Positions 50,971-59,330 of a DNA stretch of 64,000 nucleotides are shown here, one piece after another. Made by a program: the position numbers and the translations under genes. Source of the stretch: Candidatus Nomurabacteria bacterium (GTDB lineage Bacteria > Patescibacteriota > Saccharimonadia > Saccharimonadales > VXPC01). The stretch is taken from positions 421,854-485,853 of the forward strand of contig JACKGQ010000001.1 in the NCBI GenBank assembly GCA_020631905.1, written 5' to 3'. A model generated the notes under the pieces. The model was not told the origin of the DNA, made no database searches, and saw only the letters and a program-made list of their open reading frames with translations. Positions within the stretch are counted from its first letter, which is position 1, and each line of letters starts with the position of its first letter.

Positions 50971-52257
50971 ATGAGTGAAGTTAGCCTAGAAGACATTGTT
51001 AGTTTATGTAAACGCCGTGGATTTATTTTTCAGGGCAGTGAAATTTATGGCGGTCTGGCCGGTACTTGGGATTACGGACCACTTGGTGTTCAGCTTAAAA
51101 AGAACCTAACCGATCTATGGTGGAAGACCTTTGTGGAAAGCCGCGAAGATATGGTCGGTGTAGATGCAGCAATTCTAATGAACCCCAAAACCTGGCAGGC
51201 GAGTGGCCATGTCGATACTTTTACCGACCCGCTTGTAGAGTGTACTGAATGTCGCGGCCGATTCCGTGCGGATCACCTAGAAGGTTCAAAATGCCCGAAC
51301 TGCGGTAAAGAAAACACAATGAGCGAACCACGAGCCTTCAATATGATGTTTAAAACAGCAGTTGGTCCAGTCGATGACGGTGAGTCAGTGTCTTATCTTA
51401 GACCAGAGACAGCTCAGGGTATCTTTACCAATTTTAAGAATGTAGTCGATACGCTTTATCCGGATGTGCCATTTGGAATCGCCCAGATTGGTAAGGCTTT
51501 CCGCAATGAAATTAGCCCGCGTGATTTTGTTTTCCGAAGCCGTGAATTCAACCAAATGGAAATTGAATATTTCGTACACGAAAATGATTGGCAAAATAAG
51601 TTTGAACACTGGCGTACAGATATTAAAGCTTTCTTAGCGCAAGCTGGTGTCGACACTGACAAAGTTACCGAACTAGAAGTGCCAGAAGATGATCTGGCTC
51701 ATTACAGCAAGCGGACTATCGACTACGAATTCGAATACCCACACGGTAAAGACGAACTACTTGGTCTGGCTTATCGAACCGACTTCGACCTGCAAAATGT
51801 GGCTCGTGAGTCTGGCAAGAATGTGGAATACCGGCCAAAAGACGGTGGGTCTGCATATGTGCCGCATGTTATCGAGCCAAGTTTTGGAGTCGAGCGGCTA
51901 GTTATGGCTGTGCTAGTAAGTAACTACAAGGTCGACGAGCAAAATGGTGAACAGCGGGTTTATCTAAGCTTGCCAGAGCATATTGCCCCAGTCCGTTATG
52001 CTGTCAGCCCACTGCTCAAAAACAAGCCCGAGCTGGTCGACAAGGCCAGGGAAGTCTACAAGATGCTCAAAACCAAATACGGCAATGTGATGTGGGACGA
52101 CAATGGTAATATTGGTAAGCGCTACCGCCGCCAAGACGAGATTGGCACACCATACTGCGTAGTTGTCGACTTCGACACCATTGAGAAAGACGGCCTTGTA
52201 ACCGTCCGAAACCGCGATACTCTCGAACAAACCCGAGTTAAACCTGAGGATATTTAA
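50971..52257 (+). CDS. glyQS: Glycyl-tRNA synthetase (dimeric class II type)
   Basis: RRGFIFQGSEIYGGLAGTWDYGPLGV, YLRPETAQGIF and QIGKAFRNEISPR motifs. I prefer the ATG at 50971. The ORF track extends to a TTG at 50914. Confidence 0.92.
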   Translation: MSEVSLEDIVSLCKRRGFIFQGSEIYGGLAGTWDYGPLGVQLKKNLTDLWWKTFVESREDMVGVDAAILMNPKTWQASGHVDTFTDPLVECTECRGRFRADHLEGSKCPNCGKENTMSEPRAFNMMFKTAVGPVDDGESVSYLRPETAQGIFTNFKNVVDTLYPDVPFGIAQIGKAFRNEISPRDFVFRSREFNQMEIEYFVHENDWQNKFEHWRTDIKAFLAQAGVDTDKVTELEVPEDDLAHYSKRTIDYEFEYPHGKDELLGLAYRTDFDLQNVARESGKNVEYRPKDGGSAYVPHVIEPSFGVERLVMAVLVSNYKVDEQNGEQRVYLSLPEHIAPVRYAVSPLLKNKPELVDKAREVYKMLKTKYGNVMWDDNGNIGKRYRRQDEIGTPYCVVVDFDTIEKDGLVTVRNRDTLEQTRVKPEDI

Positions 52258-52259
52258 TC

Positions 52260-52889
52260 TTGAAAATCACTAAGCTTGGTCACTCGTGTGTATTGGTTAA
52301 GGCAAACGGCTTGGTAGCCTTGTTCGACCCAGGTGGTTGGGCAGAACGCGAACTAATCGATGCTGTCAAACATGTTGATCGGATTGTTTACACTCACGAG
52401 CATGGTGATCATTTCGATGCGGACATACTTAAGAGTTTGTTAGTAAAGTTTCCGCAGGCGCACATTGTCTGTAACCGCGAGATTGCTGGGCTCATCCAAG
52501 CGGCTGACATAACAGCTATGGTGCGCGAGGAGACCGATTGCACGCGCAAGTTTGAGTCACCCCACGAATGTTTGCCAGTACCAGGCAGCACACCACCAGC
52601 CGAGAATGGTTATCACTTCCAAGGCGAGTTTACTCACCCCGGCGATAGCCAAAGCTTTAAAGAGACCAAAAAGGTGTTAGCCATGCCGTTTATTGGCCCG
52701 TGGGGCAAAACTGGCGACTCGATCGACAAAGTCTTAGAGCTCAAGCCAGAGTACGTTTTGCCAATACACGACTGGCACTACACTGAAGAGGCTAGGCAGT
52801 GGCTCCAAAGTCTACTAAAAAGCGTTTTTGAGCCCGCTGGGATTAAACTGCTTACGAATGTTAACGGTCTTGAGCAGAGTATTGAATAA
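52260..52889 (+). CDS. MBL-fold metallo-hydrolase
   Basis: THEHGDHFD (HxHxDH) motif. TTG start. Confidence 0.8.
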   Translation: MKITKLGHSCVLVKANGLVALFDPGGWAERELIDAVKHVDRIVYTHEHGDHFDADILKSLLVKFPQAHIVCNREIAGLIQAADITAMVREETDCTRKFESPHECLPVPGSTPPAENGYHFQGEFTHPGDSQSFKETKKVLAMPFIGPWGKTGDSIDKVLELKPEYVLPIHDWHYTEEARQWLQSLLKSVFEPAGIKLLTNVNGLEQSIE

Positions 52890-52962
52890 TTATAATTTTA
52901 CTTGACATGTATACCAATGGTAGTATACTAACGGTATACAATAAATTATTAAGGAGTATTGA

Positions 52963-53835
52963 ATGAGTGGCGTGTCGTCCGAATCGTTATTAAAGTCGTC
53001 TTGGTCTATCTTAAAAGCTGATACAAGGATTTTAAAAACCCAACTCGTAGGGTTTTTAGTTATGACGCTACTAGGGGTAGCGATGGTAGCTGGGGTATTT
53101 CTGTTAGGTGATCTGACCATTAGCAGAGATGAGTTTGCTTTTGCTATGACACCAGCCTCGATAGTGTTTTATTTTGCGATGTATATAGCCATAACATTCG
53201 CAAGTTCGGTTGTTCAAGCGACCGTACTCGCATATTCATTAGCTAAATTTCGTAAACAAAAGCTAACAGCTAGCGAAGTTTGGAGCCAGGTAAAGCAGTC
53301 AATGGCCGGTTTGGCATTATTTTCGTTGCTAACTGCTACGATTGGTCTAGCTCTCCGATTACTCGAAGAGAGATTGCCTTTAGCTGGCAAAATCGCGACA
53401 TGGATCTTCGGCGCTATTTGGGCAATAGCTTCGATGTTCTCAGTAGCAGTAATTGTCGATAAAAAAGAGACCGACCCAATCGAAGCGACCAAAGAGTCTG
53501 CAAAAGTCATCAAAAATACTTTTGGGTCAAACGTTCGGGTTAATCTTGGCCTAACTAGTTTAGCCTTGCTAGGAGTGCTAACGGTGGTGGTTACCGGAGG
53601 CTTAGCTAGCGTCGGACTATTCTTAGTCGCCGAAGCAGCAGGTGTTGCTGGCATAGTTCTATCCTTTATAGCCTTGCTCGGATTACTCGTGGTAGTCTCG
53701 ACATTATCTGGCATTATCAAGGCTGGTTTGTATGAATATTCGGTAAGCGGTAAATCTCCCGCAGAGTTTAACGAGAACTTGCTTAAGTCTGCTGTTACTC
53801 AGAAGAAAGCTAGAAAAGCATTTCGCTGGAGCTAA
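52963..53835 (+). CDS. Hypothetical polytopic membrane protein (290 aa)
   Basis: Six or so TM helices. It directly precedes a PadR regulator (5-nt gap). Confidence 0.65.
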   Translation: MSGVSSESLLKSSWSILKADTRILKTQLVGFLVMTLLGVAMVAGVFLLGDLTISRDEFAFAMTPASIVFYFAMYIAITFASSVVQATVLAYSLAKFRKQKLTASEVWSQVKQSMAGLALFSLLTATIGLALRLLEERLPLAGKIATWIFGAIWAIASMFSVAVIVDKKETDPIEATKESAKVIKNTFGSNVRVNLGLTSLALLGVLTVVVTGGLASVGLFLVAEAAGVAGIVLSFIALLGLLVVVSTLSGIIKAGLYEYSVSGKSPAEFNENLLKSAVTQKKARKAFRWS

Positions 53836-53840
53836 GTCAG

Positions 53841-54206
53841 ATGCATTTAGACGAATACGAAGAAACACTTTTGACTGGCTGGGAAGAGACCTACAAAAAA
53901 AGTCAGTTAACCTTGTGGACACTTCTAGCTTTGAAAGATGGCCCTAAATACATGAATGATATTAAGGAGTTTATTGAAGAGGCCACAGATAAGAAGCTGA
54001 CAGTCGATGATAAAAGCATGTATCGGGCTTTACGAAGATTCAACGAGATTGGGCTAACAATCTACACAGAACAAGAGTCAGCTGGAGGACCCAAGCGGAA
54101 ACTGCTCGAACTCTCAGCTTCTGGTAGGAAAGTCTTAGATAATTTTATCTATCGCAACATCACTAGCATTATTAATCACCCAAAGAATAAACATCTGTTT
54201 ACATAG
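53841..54206 (+). CDS. PadR family transcriptional regulator
   Basis: Winged-helix PadR pattern (LLALKDGPKYMNDIKEFIEE......DKSMYRALRRFNEIGL......ESAGGPKRK.LELSASGRKVL). Confidence 0.82.
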   Translation: MHLDEYEETLLTGWEETYKKSQLTLWTLLALKDGPKYMNDIKEFIEEATDKKLTVDDKSMYRALRRFNEIGLTIYTEQESAGGPKRKLLELSASGRKVLDNFIYRNITSIINHPKNKHLFT

Positions 54207-54221
54207 TGCTACAATACAGTC

Positions 54222-54842
54222 ATGAATAAGCTTATGCATTTGATTAAGCGTTGTTGGCGGGCTAGCAGGCAAGGGCACCGGATTAATTATGTAGTGATTG
54301 GAATTTTGCTGGGTTTAATCTCTGGGTTCTATCTTTTCCATCGAGAGTCGAGTGTCGATAAGCGGTTGCGAGAAATTGCCGAAGCTTCGTATCCGGATGA
54401 CAGCAATAAACAGCGCCAAGCTCTGCGGGAATTTAGAGACAGTCTCGATGAACTTTATAGTTTTTCACAGAATGGTGGCGTTGAACAGGCGAGGCTCGAT
54501 GCCCTCGACGCCGAAGGCAAGAACGATATTAATACCATCTATTCTGTATTAGAGTCTGGTTTCGCTAGTAATGGATATTATCCCGGTGAAGTTAATCAAA
54601 CCAATCTGGACGGCATTGCATATGAAGCACTTGTCGACAAAACCGGCAACTTAATTGCAAGCGAGTATACGCTCGAAGATAGCGAGCCATTCAATACTTT
54701 TGGTAGCCAGGCTCCGGAACCTCGTTATCGTTATGCCGGTTACGACTGCTTGCCACTTCAAGAAGTAGTTGCTTGCCAACATTATGTTTTGTTTGCTTGG
54801 TTGGAAAGTGGTAATATCTATACCAAGAAATCAATCAACTAA
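54222..54842 (+). CDS. Hypothetical membrane-anchored protein (206 aa)
   Basis: Basic N-terminus, one TM helix and an exported domain. No family recognised. Confidence 0.6.
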   Translation: MNKLMHLIKRCWRASRQGHRINYVVIGILLGLISGFYLFHRESSVDKRLREIAEASYPDDSNKQRQALREFRDSLDELYSFSQNGGVEQARLDALDAEGKNDINTIYSVLESGFASNGYYPGEVNQTNLDGIAYEALVDKTGNLIASEYTLEDSEPFNTFGSQAPEPRYRYAGYDCLPLQEVVACQHYVLFAWLESGNIYTKKSIN

Positions 54843-54854
54843 TTTTTCAAAACA

Positions 54855-55460
54855 ATGCTAAATAAAGTAATCCGACGTAAGCAGCCTAAGGGTAACTTTG
54901 CTTTTATTGATAGTCAAAACCTTAATCTGGGGGTTCAACGTATCGGCTGGAAGATGAGTTGGCGTAAATTGCTCGAGTATTTACAAGCCGAGCACGGTGT
55001 AACCAAAGCTTTTTTGTTCATTGGCTACATGCAGGAAAACGAGGATCTTTACAAGCAAATGCATGAAATTGGCTACCACGTGATTCTCAAGCCAACCTTG
55101 GATATGTTCGAAGAAGTTGCTAAAAAGGAAGACAAAGACATTAAAGGTAATTGTGACGCCGACTTAGTGCTCGAGGCTATGAAGCAGTGGCCGAACTATC
55201 AGAAGGCGATTATTATTTCTGGGGATGGTGATTTTTACGGCCTAATTGAGCATCTGGCTGAAAAGAATAAGCTACTAAATGTGATGGTGCCAAACTGGCA
55301 ATACTCGAGTTTGCTAAAAGACTTTGAGAAGTATATCGTACGAGTCGATAAGCTCCAGAACCGACTCCAGCACTACGACAAAAGAAAACCCAAAACCAAA
55401 TTTAGGCATACACAGAAAAAGCAACGGCCTAACAATAGTCAAAACCGCAACAAAAACTAG
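54855..55460 (+). CDS. NYN (LabA/PIN-like) domain protein with a basic C-terminal tail
   Basis: FAFIDSQNL, GNCDADLVLEAM and IISGDGDFYGLIEHL conserved acidic motifs. Confidence 0.78.
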   Translation: MLNKVIRRKQPKGNFAFIDSQNLNLGVQRIGWKMSWRKLLEYLQAEHGVTKAFLFIGYMQENEDLYKQMHEIGYHVILKPTLDMFEEVAKKEDKDIKGNCDADLVLEAMKQWPNYQKAIIISGDGDFYGLIEHLAEKNKLLNVMVPNWQYSSLLKDFEKYIVRVDKLQNRLQHYDKRKPKTKFRHTQKKQRPNNSQNRNKN

Positions 55461-55505
55461 GCTAGTTTTGTGCTAAGATGACACCCAGATTGTGATGGGT
55501 AAATT

Positions 55506-57020
55506 ATGAAACAAACAGAGGCTTTAGCTATCTTGGAGAGTGGTCCAAGTGTTTTGTTAACTGGTGCAGCTGGCACCGGCAAAACATATGTGTTGCGTGA
55601 ATTTATCGAGCGTGCTCGGCGTCGTGGCAAAGTAGTCGCGGTTACAGCCACAACCGGGCTTGCTGCTACACATCTGAACGGTAGTACTATCCACGCCTGG
55701 AGTGGTATAGGGATTGCCGATGAGTTTCTACCGCAAACTATCTCAAAATATAGTAAAAGTCGTATCGAACAGATAGAGTCCGCGGATATTTTAATAATCG
55801 ACGAGATAAGTATGTTACATGACTTTCGGCTCGATATGATCGATCATGTGACACGTAAAATCCGTGACAGTGATGAACCATTTGGGGGTCTACAGGTAGT
55901 TCTCTGTGGTGACTTCTACCAACTACCACCAGTCAATCGGAGTGACAGCCGCCAGGGTGGTTTTGTAACCAGTTCAAGGGTTTGGCAAGACCAGGTGTTT
56001 GAGGTTTGTTATCTTGAGGAGCAGTATCGCCAAGCTGGTGACGAGCTGTATGCCGCCATTCTAAATGGTATTCGGGCCGGCAAATTAAAACGATCTGAGC
56101 TAGAAGCTTTGATGCAGCGTACAAAATCGATCGCCGATCCTTGGCAGGCTTCGACAAAATTATTAACCATTAATGTCGACGTTGATAGCATTAATATGGC
56201 AGAGTTACAAAAACTCGAGGCAGACTCGCGTGAGTTTGATATGCAGACGACTGGTGGCAAACAATATGTTGAGACACTCAAAAAATCTTGTTTAGCCAAC
56301 GAAACACTGGTTCTTAAAGTCGGTGCAAAGGTGATGTTTATACGTAACGATCAAGCAAAGAGATACTCAAATGGGACTCTGGGGGAAGTGACAGAATTCG
56401 AGCCCTACACCAACTATCCAGTAGTGAAACTCAAGTCGGGCAAGACCATCACAGTCACCCCCGACACCTGGGAATTAGTCGATGGCGAAAAAAAGCGAGC
56501 CAGCCTTACCCAGATTCCGCTTCGATTGGCTTGGGCAATAACTGTCCATAAAAGTCAGGGCATGACTCTAGATTCCGCTCAAATTGATCTGAGTAAAGCC
56601 TTTGTTGAAGGTATGGGATATGTCGCTTTATCTCGAGTACGCTCGTTAGAGGAGCTGTATTTACTGGGAATCAACGGTCGTGCGTTACAAGTAAGTCCTG
56701 AAGCAATTCAGATCGACAATACTTTACGTCAAGCAAGTCAATCTGCTTCACGACGCTTTAAACAAGCTATCGATAACTGGCAAGCAGACATACCAGAAGC
56801 ATCGGAAACAGCTGTGAAGGGAAGTTGGGCAGAAAAGCTTACGAAGATGCGCCAGAAATACCCGAACGCATACAAGCCTTGGAAAGAGGCCGAAGACGGT
56901 CAGCTCCTAGAATTGTTTGGTGAAGCAAAAAGCATTAAGCATATTAGTCAGCAGTTAGGCCGCCATCCCGGGTCGATTAAAGCCCGACTCAAGAAACACC
57001 TTGGAGAAGACATTTTGTAG
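55506..57020 (+). CDS. PIF1/RecD-family SF1B DNA helicase with a C-terminal HTH-like tail
   Basis: Walker A GAAGTGKT, IIDEISML, GDFYQLPPV and ITVHKSQGMTLD motifs. Confidence 0.88.
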   Translation: MKQTEALAILESGPSVLLTGAAGTGKTYVLREFIERARRRGKVVAVTATTGLAATHLNGSTIHAWSGIGIADEFLPQTISKYSKSRIEQIESADILIIDEISMLHDFRLDMIDHVTRKIRDSDEPFGGLQVVLCGDFYQLPPVNRSDSRQGGFVTSSRVWQDQVFEVCYLEEQYRQAGDELYAAILNGIRAGKLKRSELEALMQRTKSIADPWQASTKLLTINVDVDSINMAELQKLEADSREFDMQTTGGKQYVETLKKSCLANETLVLKVGAKVMFIRNDQAKRYSNGTLGEVTEFEPYTNYPVVKLKSGKTITVTPDTWELVDGEKKRASLTQIPLRLAWAITVHKSQGMTLDSAQIDLSKAFVEGMGYVALSRVRSLEELYLLGINGRALQVSPEAIQIDNTLRQASQSASRRFKQAIDNWQADIPEASETAVKGSWAEKLTKMRQKYPNAYKPWKEAEDGQLLELFGEAKSIKHISQQLGRHPGSIKARLKKHLGEDIL

Positions 57021-57024
57021 ATTA

Positions 57025-57073
57025 TATACACTACTGGTAGTGTAGTGCGCGACCTATACACTACTGCTAGTGT
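57025..57073. repeat. Two copies of a 19-bp internally palindromic box, 30 bp apart
   Basis: TATACACTACTGGTAGTGT (57025-57043) and TATACACTACTGCTAGTGT (57055-57073). Each contains ACACTAC-TG-GTAGTGT arms. Confidence 0.85.
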
Positions 57074-57120
57074 CTGTGGATAAGTTGACAAAGTTTTTCA
57101 GCTATTTATCAGATTTTAGG

Positions 57121-57173
57121 TTGCAGTGGGTAGTCGTGGGTAGTATAGTGGTGCTAGTGGGTAAATGTGGGTA
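57121..57173 (+). promoter_or_regulatory. dcw-cluster promoter overlapped by an array of MraZ-type GTGGG boxes
   Basis: GTGGGTA at 57126, 57136, 57157 and 57167, plus a degenerate GTGGTGC at 57148, with ~10-bp phasing. TTGCAG (57121-57126), 17-nt spacer, TATAGT (57144-57149). Confidence 0.75.
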
Positions 57174-57229
57174 ACTACATTGAAAATAAAAACCACTAAA
57201 AACAAAATCAGGAGCAAGGAGTTCTAAAA

Positions 57230-57592
57230 TTGCCACAAAGCGTAGACTACTTCGAGAGAAAGCTCGACGACAAACGTCGTTTGACTATTCCTGCGAATGT
57301 CCGCGCCGAGTTTGCTGATGGTTATGTGATAACCAGAGGCTTTGGTGAATACTTGCACTTGTACCCTAAAAAAATCTGGGACCAAGAGGTCGAAGCAGCC
57401 TTGCAGGGAAGTATCCTTGACGAGCGTGTTGCAGACCTAAACGTCCAATTCAGGATGGGCAAAAGCGAAGGTATGCTCGATCAGAAACAAGGTCGAATTA
57501 CATTTGAACAACACCAACTTGAATTTGCCAAGATTGAAGGCGATATGCACGCAGTGCGAGCCGGCAAATACTGGCGGGTAAGTAAGAGCTGA
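57230..57592 (+). CDS. mraZ: Transcriptional regulator MraZ (short, 120 aa)
   Basis: Two SpoVT/AbrB-like half-domains (LDDKRRLTIP and LDQKQGRITF). TTG start with AAGGAG 8 nt upstream. Confidence 0.85.
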   Translation: MPQSVDYFERKLDDKRRLTIPANVRAEFADGYVITRGFGEYLHLYPKKIWDQEVEAALQGSILDERVADLNVQFRMGKSEGMLDQKQGRITFEQHQLEFAKIEGDMHAVRAGKYWRVSKS

Positions 57593-57956
57593 TTTGTTAT
57601 AAAGCACATTAACAAGATGGCGTTGTCGATTAAAAAAATCGATAGCTAAACACGACTCGAGATCAGCGAATTGGCAGTCAGCCGGAGTATCGGGGTACTT
57701 CGTTATCAAAACCCTTGCACCTTCCAATAAACACCTCCCAAAACTCCACCTCACACATAAATCTCTCTTTCGTGGACCCACTCGCATACTTTTTGCTTTG
57801 CGTATTTTCAAAAAACGCATATAAATATCTGTATGATGAGCCACGAAATTACAAAAACAAAAACAGTTCAAAATAAAAAGTTGACTGCTGATTCGGTGAC
57901 CTTGCAAAAACAAAAATTAAATCAAGACAACACCGAGATAAGTCATCGAGGTCAAA

Positions 57957-58829
57957 ATGTCTGATTCAAAAATAAACAATCATATTCCGGTTCTATTGAA
58001 CGAAGTTGTTGAATATCTGAAGCCAAAAGCGGGCGAGAGGTATTTAGACTTAACTGCTGGTTATGGTGGGCACGCGTCGGCGATAATCGCTAGAACTGCT
58101 GCACCCGACCAAGCAACCTTGGTTGACCGAGATATGAACGCTGTGCAAGCATTAAACCAAAAGCTGCCAAAATCGAAAATTGTTCAAGCTAATGCGGCTG
58201 AGTATCTAACTGATAGTCTAGACGTAGCTTATGACATAATTTTGGCGGATATTGGTGTATCGTCACCGCACATAGATGTAGCGAGTCGTGGTTTTAGCTT
58301 TATGACTGAGGGTCCGCTAGATATGCGCATGGATCAGAGTCAGCAATTAACAGCTGAAACGGTAGTCAATGCGTTTTCGGAAGTGGAGCTGGCAGATATT
58401 CTGTATACCTATGGCGACGAAAAATTTAGCCGACGTATTGCTCATGAGATCATAAAGAATCGACCATTGTATAAAACGACCGAACTAGCTGGAATCATTC
58501 GAGGCTGTTTAGGTACACGTAAAAGCGCACACCCAGAAGCTCGCAGTTTTCAAGCATTACGGGTATTCGTAAATGACGAAATTAGACAGCTCGAAGTAAT
58601 CTTGGCGCAAGCACCTTTCCGACTCAATCCGGGAGGCAGGTTAGGGATAATCAGCTTCCATAGTCTTGAAGATAGATTAATTAAGCAAAAGTTTAGTGAA
58701 CTTGGTCAAAATACATATGATAGTCAGTACCGTTTACTGACAAAAAAACCGATATCGCCATCTAACATTGAAATAGTTTCCAATCCGCGGGCTCGCAGTG
58801 CAAAGCTGAGAGTTCTGCAGCGAAAATAA
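57957..58829 (+). CDS. rsmH: 16S rRNA (cytosine1402-N4)-methyltransferase
   Basis: HIPVLLNEV, DLTAGYGGHA, DIGVSSPHID..SRGFSF and ISFHSLEDR motifs. Confidence 0.92.
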   Translation: MSDSKINNHIPVLLNEVVEYLKPKAGERYLDLTAGYGGHASAIIARTAAPDQATLVDRDMNAVQALNQKLPKSKIVQANAAEYLTDSLDVAYDIILADIGVSSPHIDVASRGFSFMTEGPLDMRMDQSQQLTAETVVNAFSEVELADILYTYGDEKFSRRIAHEIIKNRPLYKTTELAGIIRGCLGTRKSAHPEARSFQALRVFVNDEIRQLEVILAQAPFRLNPGGRLGIISFHSLEDRLIKQKFSELGQNTYDSQYRLLTKKPISPSNIEIVSNPRARSAKLRVLQRK

Positions 58830-58926
58830 AAACAAAAGGGGCATGTATGTCGATTCACGTAAAAGACATGTCGCACCGTGAACAGCGTATCGACGTCCGA
58901 CGCGGTCGCTAGTCACGAAGCCCGAC

Positions 58927-58951
58927 GGGAACACCTAAAATAGGTGTTCCC
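58927..58951. other. Perfect 11-bp-stem hairpin in the rsmH-ftsL spacer
   Basis: GGGAACACCTA, loop AAA, TAGGTGTTCCC. No adjacent U-tract on either strand. Confidence 0.7.
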
Positions 58952-58979
58952 ACCAAAACAAACACAAAAAGGATAATTA

Positions 58980-59318
58980 ATGACCTACGCCAGTCTTGCT
59001 GCACAAAGAAGCAACTACATACGCCATCAGAATACTGTTAGTTTTTCCGGCAACAAAACAAAACTCGGTCCGATCAGCAACTTTGTTGTCTTGCTAGTTT
59101 TGGCATGTCTGTTGGCAGTAATCTACTTATCTCAGGTAATTAGGACTAACAACTACAGCTATAGCTTAAATGCACTCACAGAGCAGAAATCTAACCTCGA
59201 AAAAGACACCGCCGCGCTAGAAGTTCAGTCGGCGCGATTACAGTCAATTGAACGCATTAGTGATAGCCAAGTAGCTGCAAATTTGGTTGAGCCGAGCGAC
59301 GTAAAACTGATAAACTAG
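58980..59318 (+). CDS. ftsL: FtsL/DivIC-like cell-division protein
   Basis: 112 aa with a single TM helix followed by a coiled-coil. Canonical position between rsmH and ftsI. Confidence 0.6.
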   Translation: MTYASLAAQRSNYIRHQNTVSFSGNKTKLGPISNFVVLLVLACLLAVIYLSQVIRTNNYSYSLNALTEQKSNLEKDTAALEVQSARLQSIERISDSQVAANLVEPSDVKLIN

Positions 59319-59330
59319 TCTGCGCGCGCT

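Noticed and set aside
57075-57083. Perfect DnaA box (TGTGGATAA, the reverse complement of TTATCCACA) upstream of mraZ
   Set aside because: It is a single 9-mer. About one such match is expected by chance on two strands in a 64-kb window. There is no cluster of boxes, no adjacent AT-rich unwinding region and no dnaA or dnaN nearby.
57437-57913. 158-aa minus-strand ORF filling the mraZ-rsmH spacer
   Set aside because: Half of it is antisense to mraZ. The translation is Cys/Phe/Leu/Arg-rich without domain features, and it has no RBS. I kept the spacer itself as an observation.
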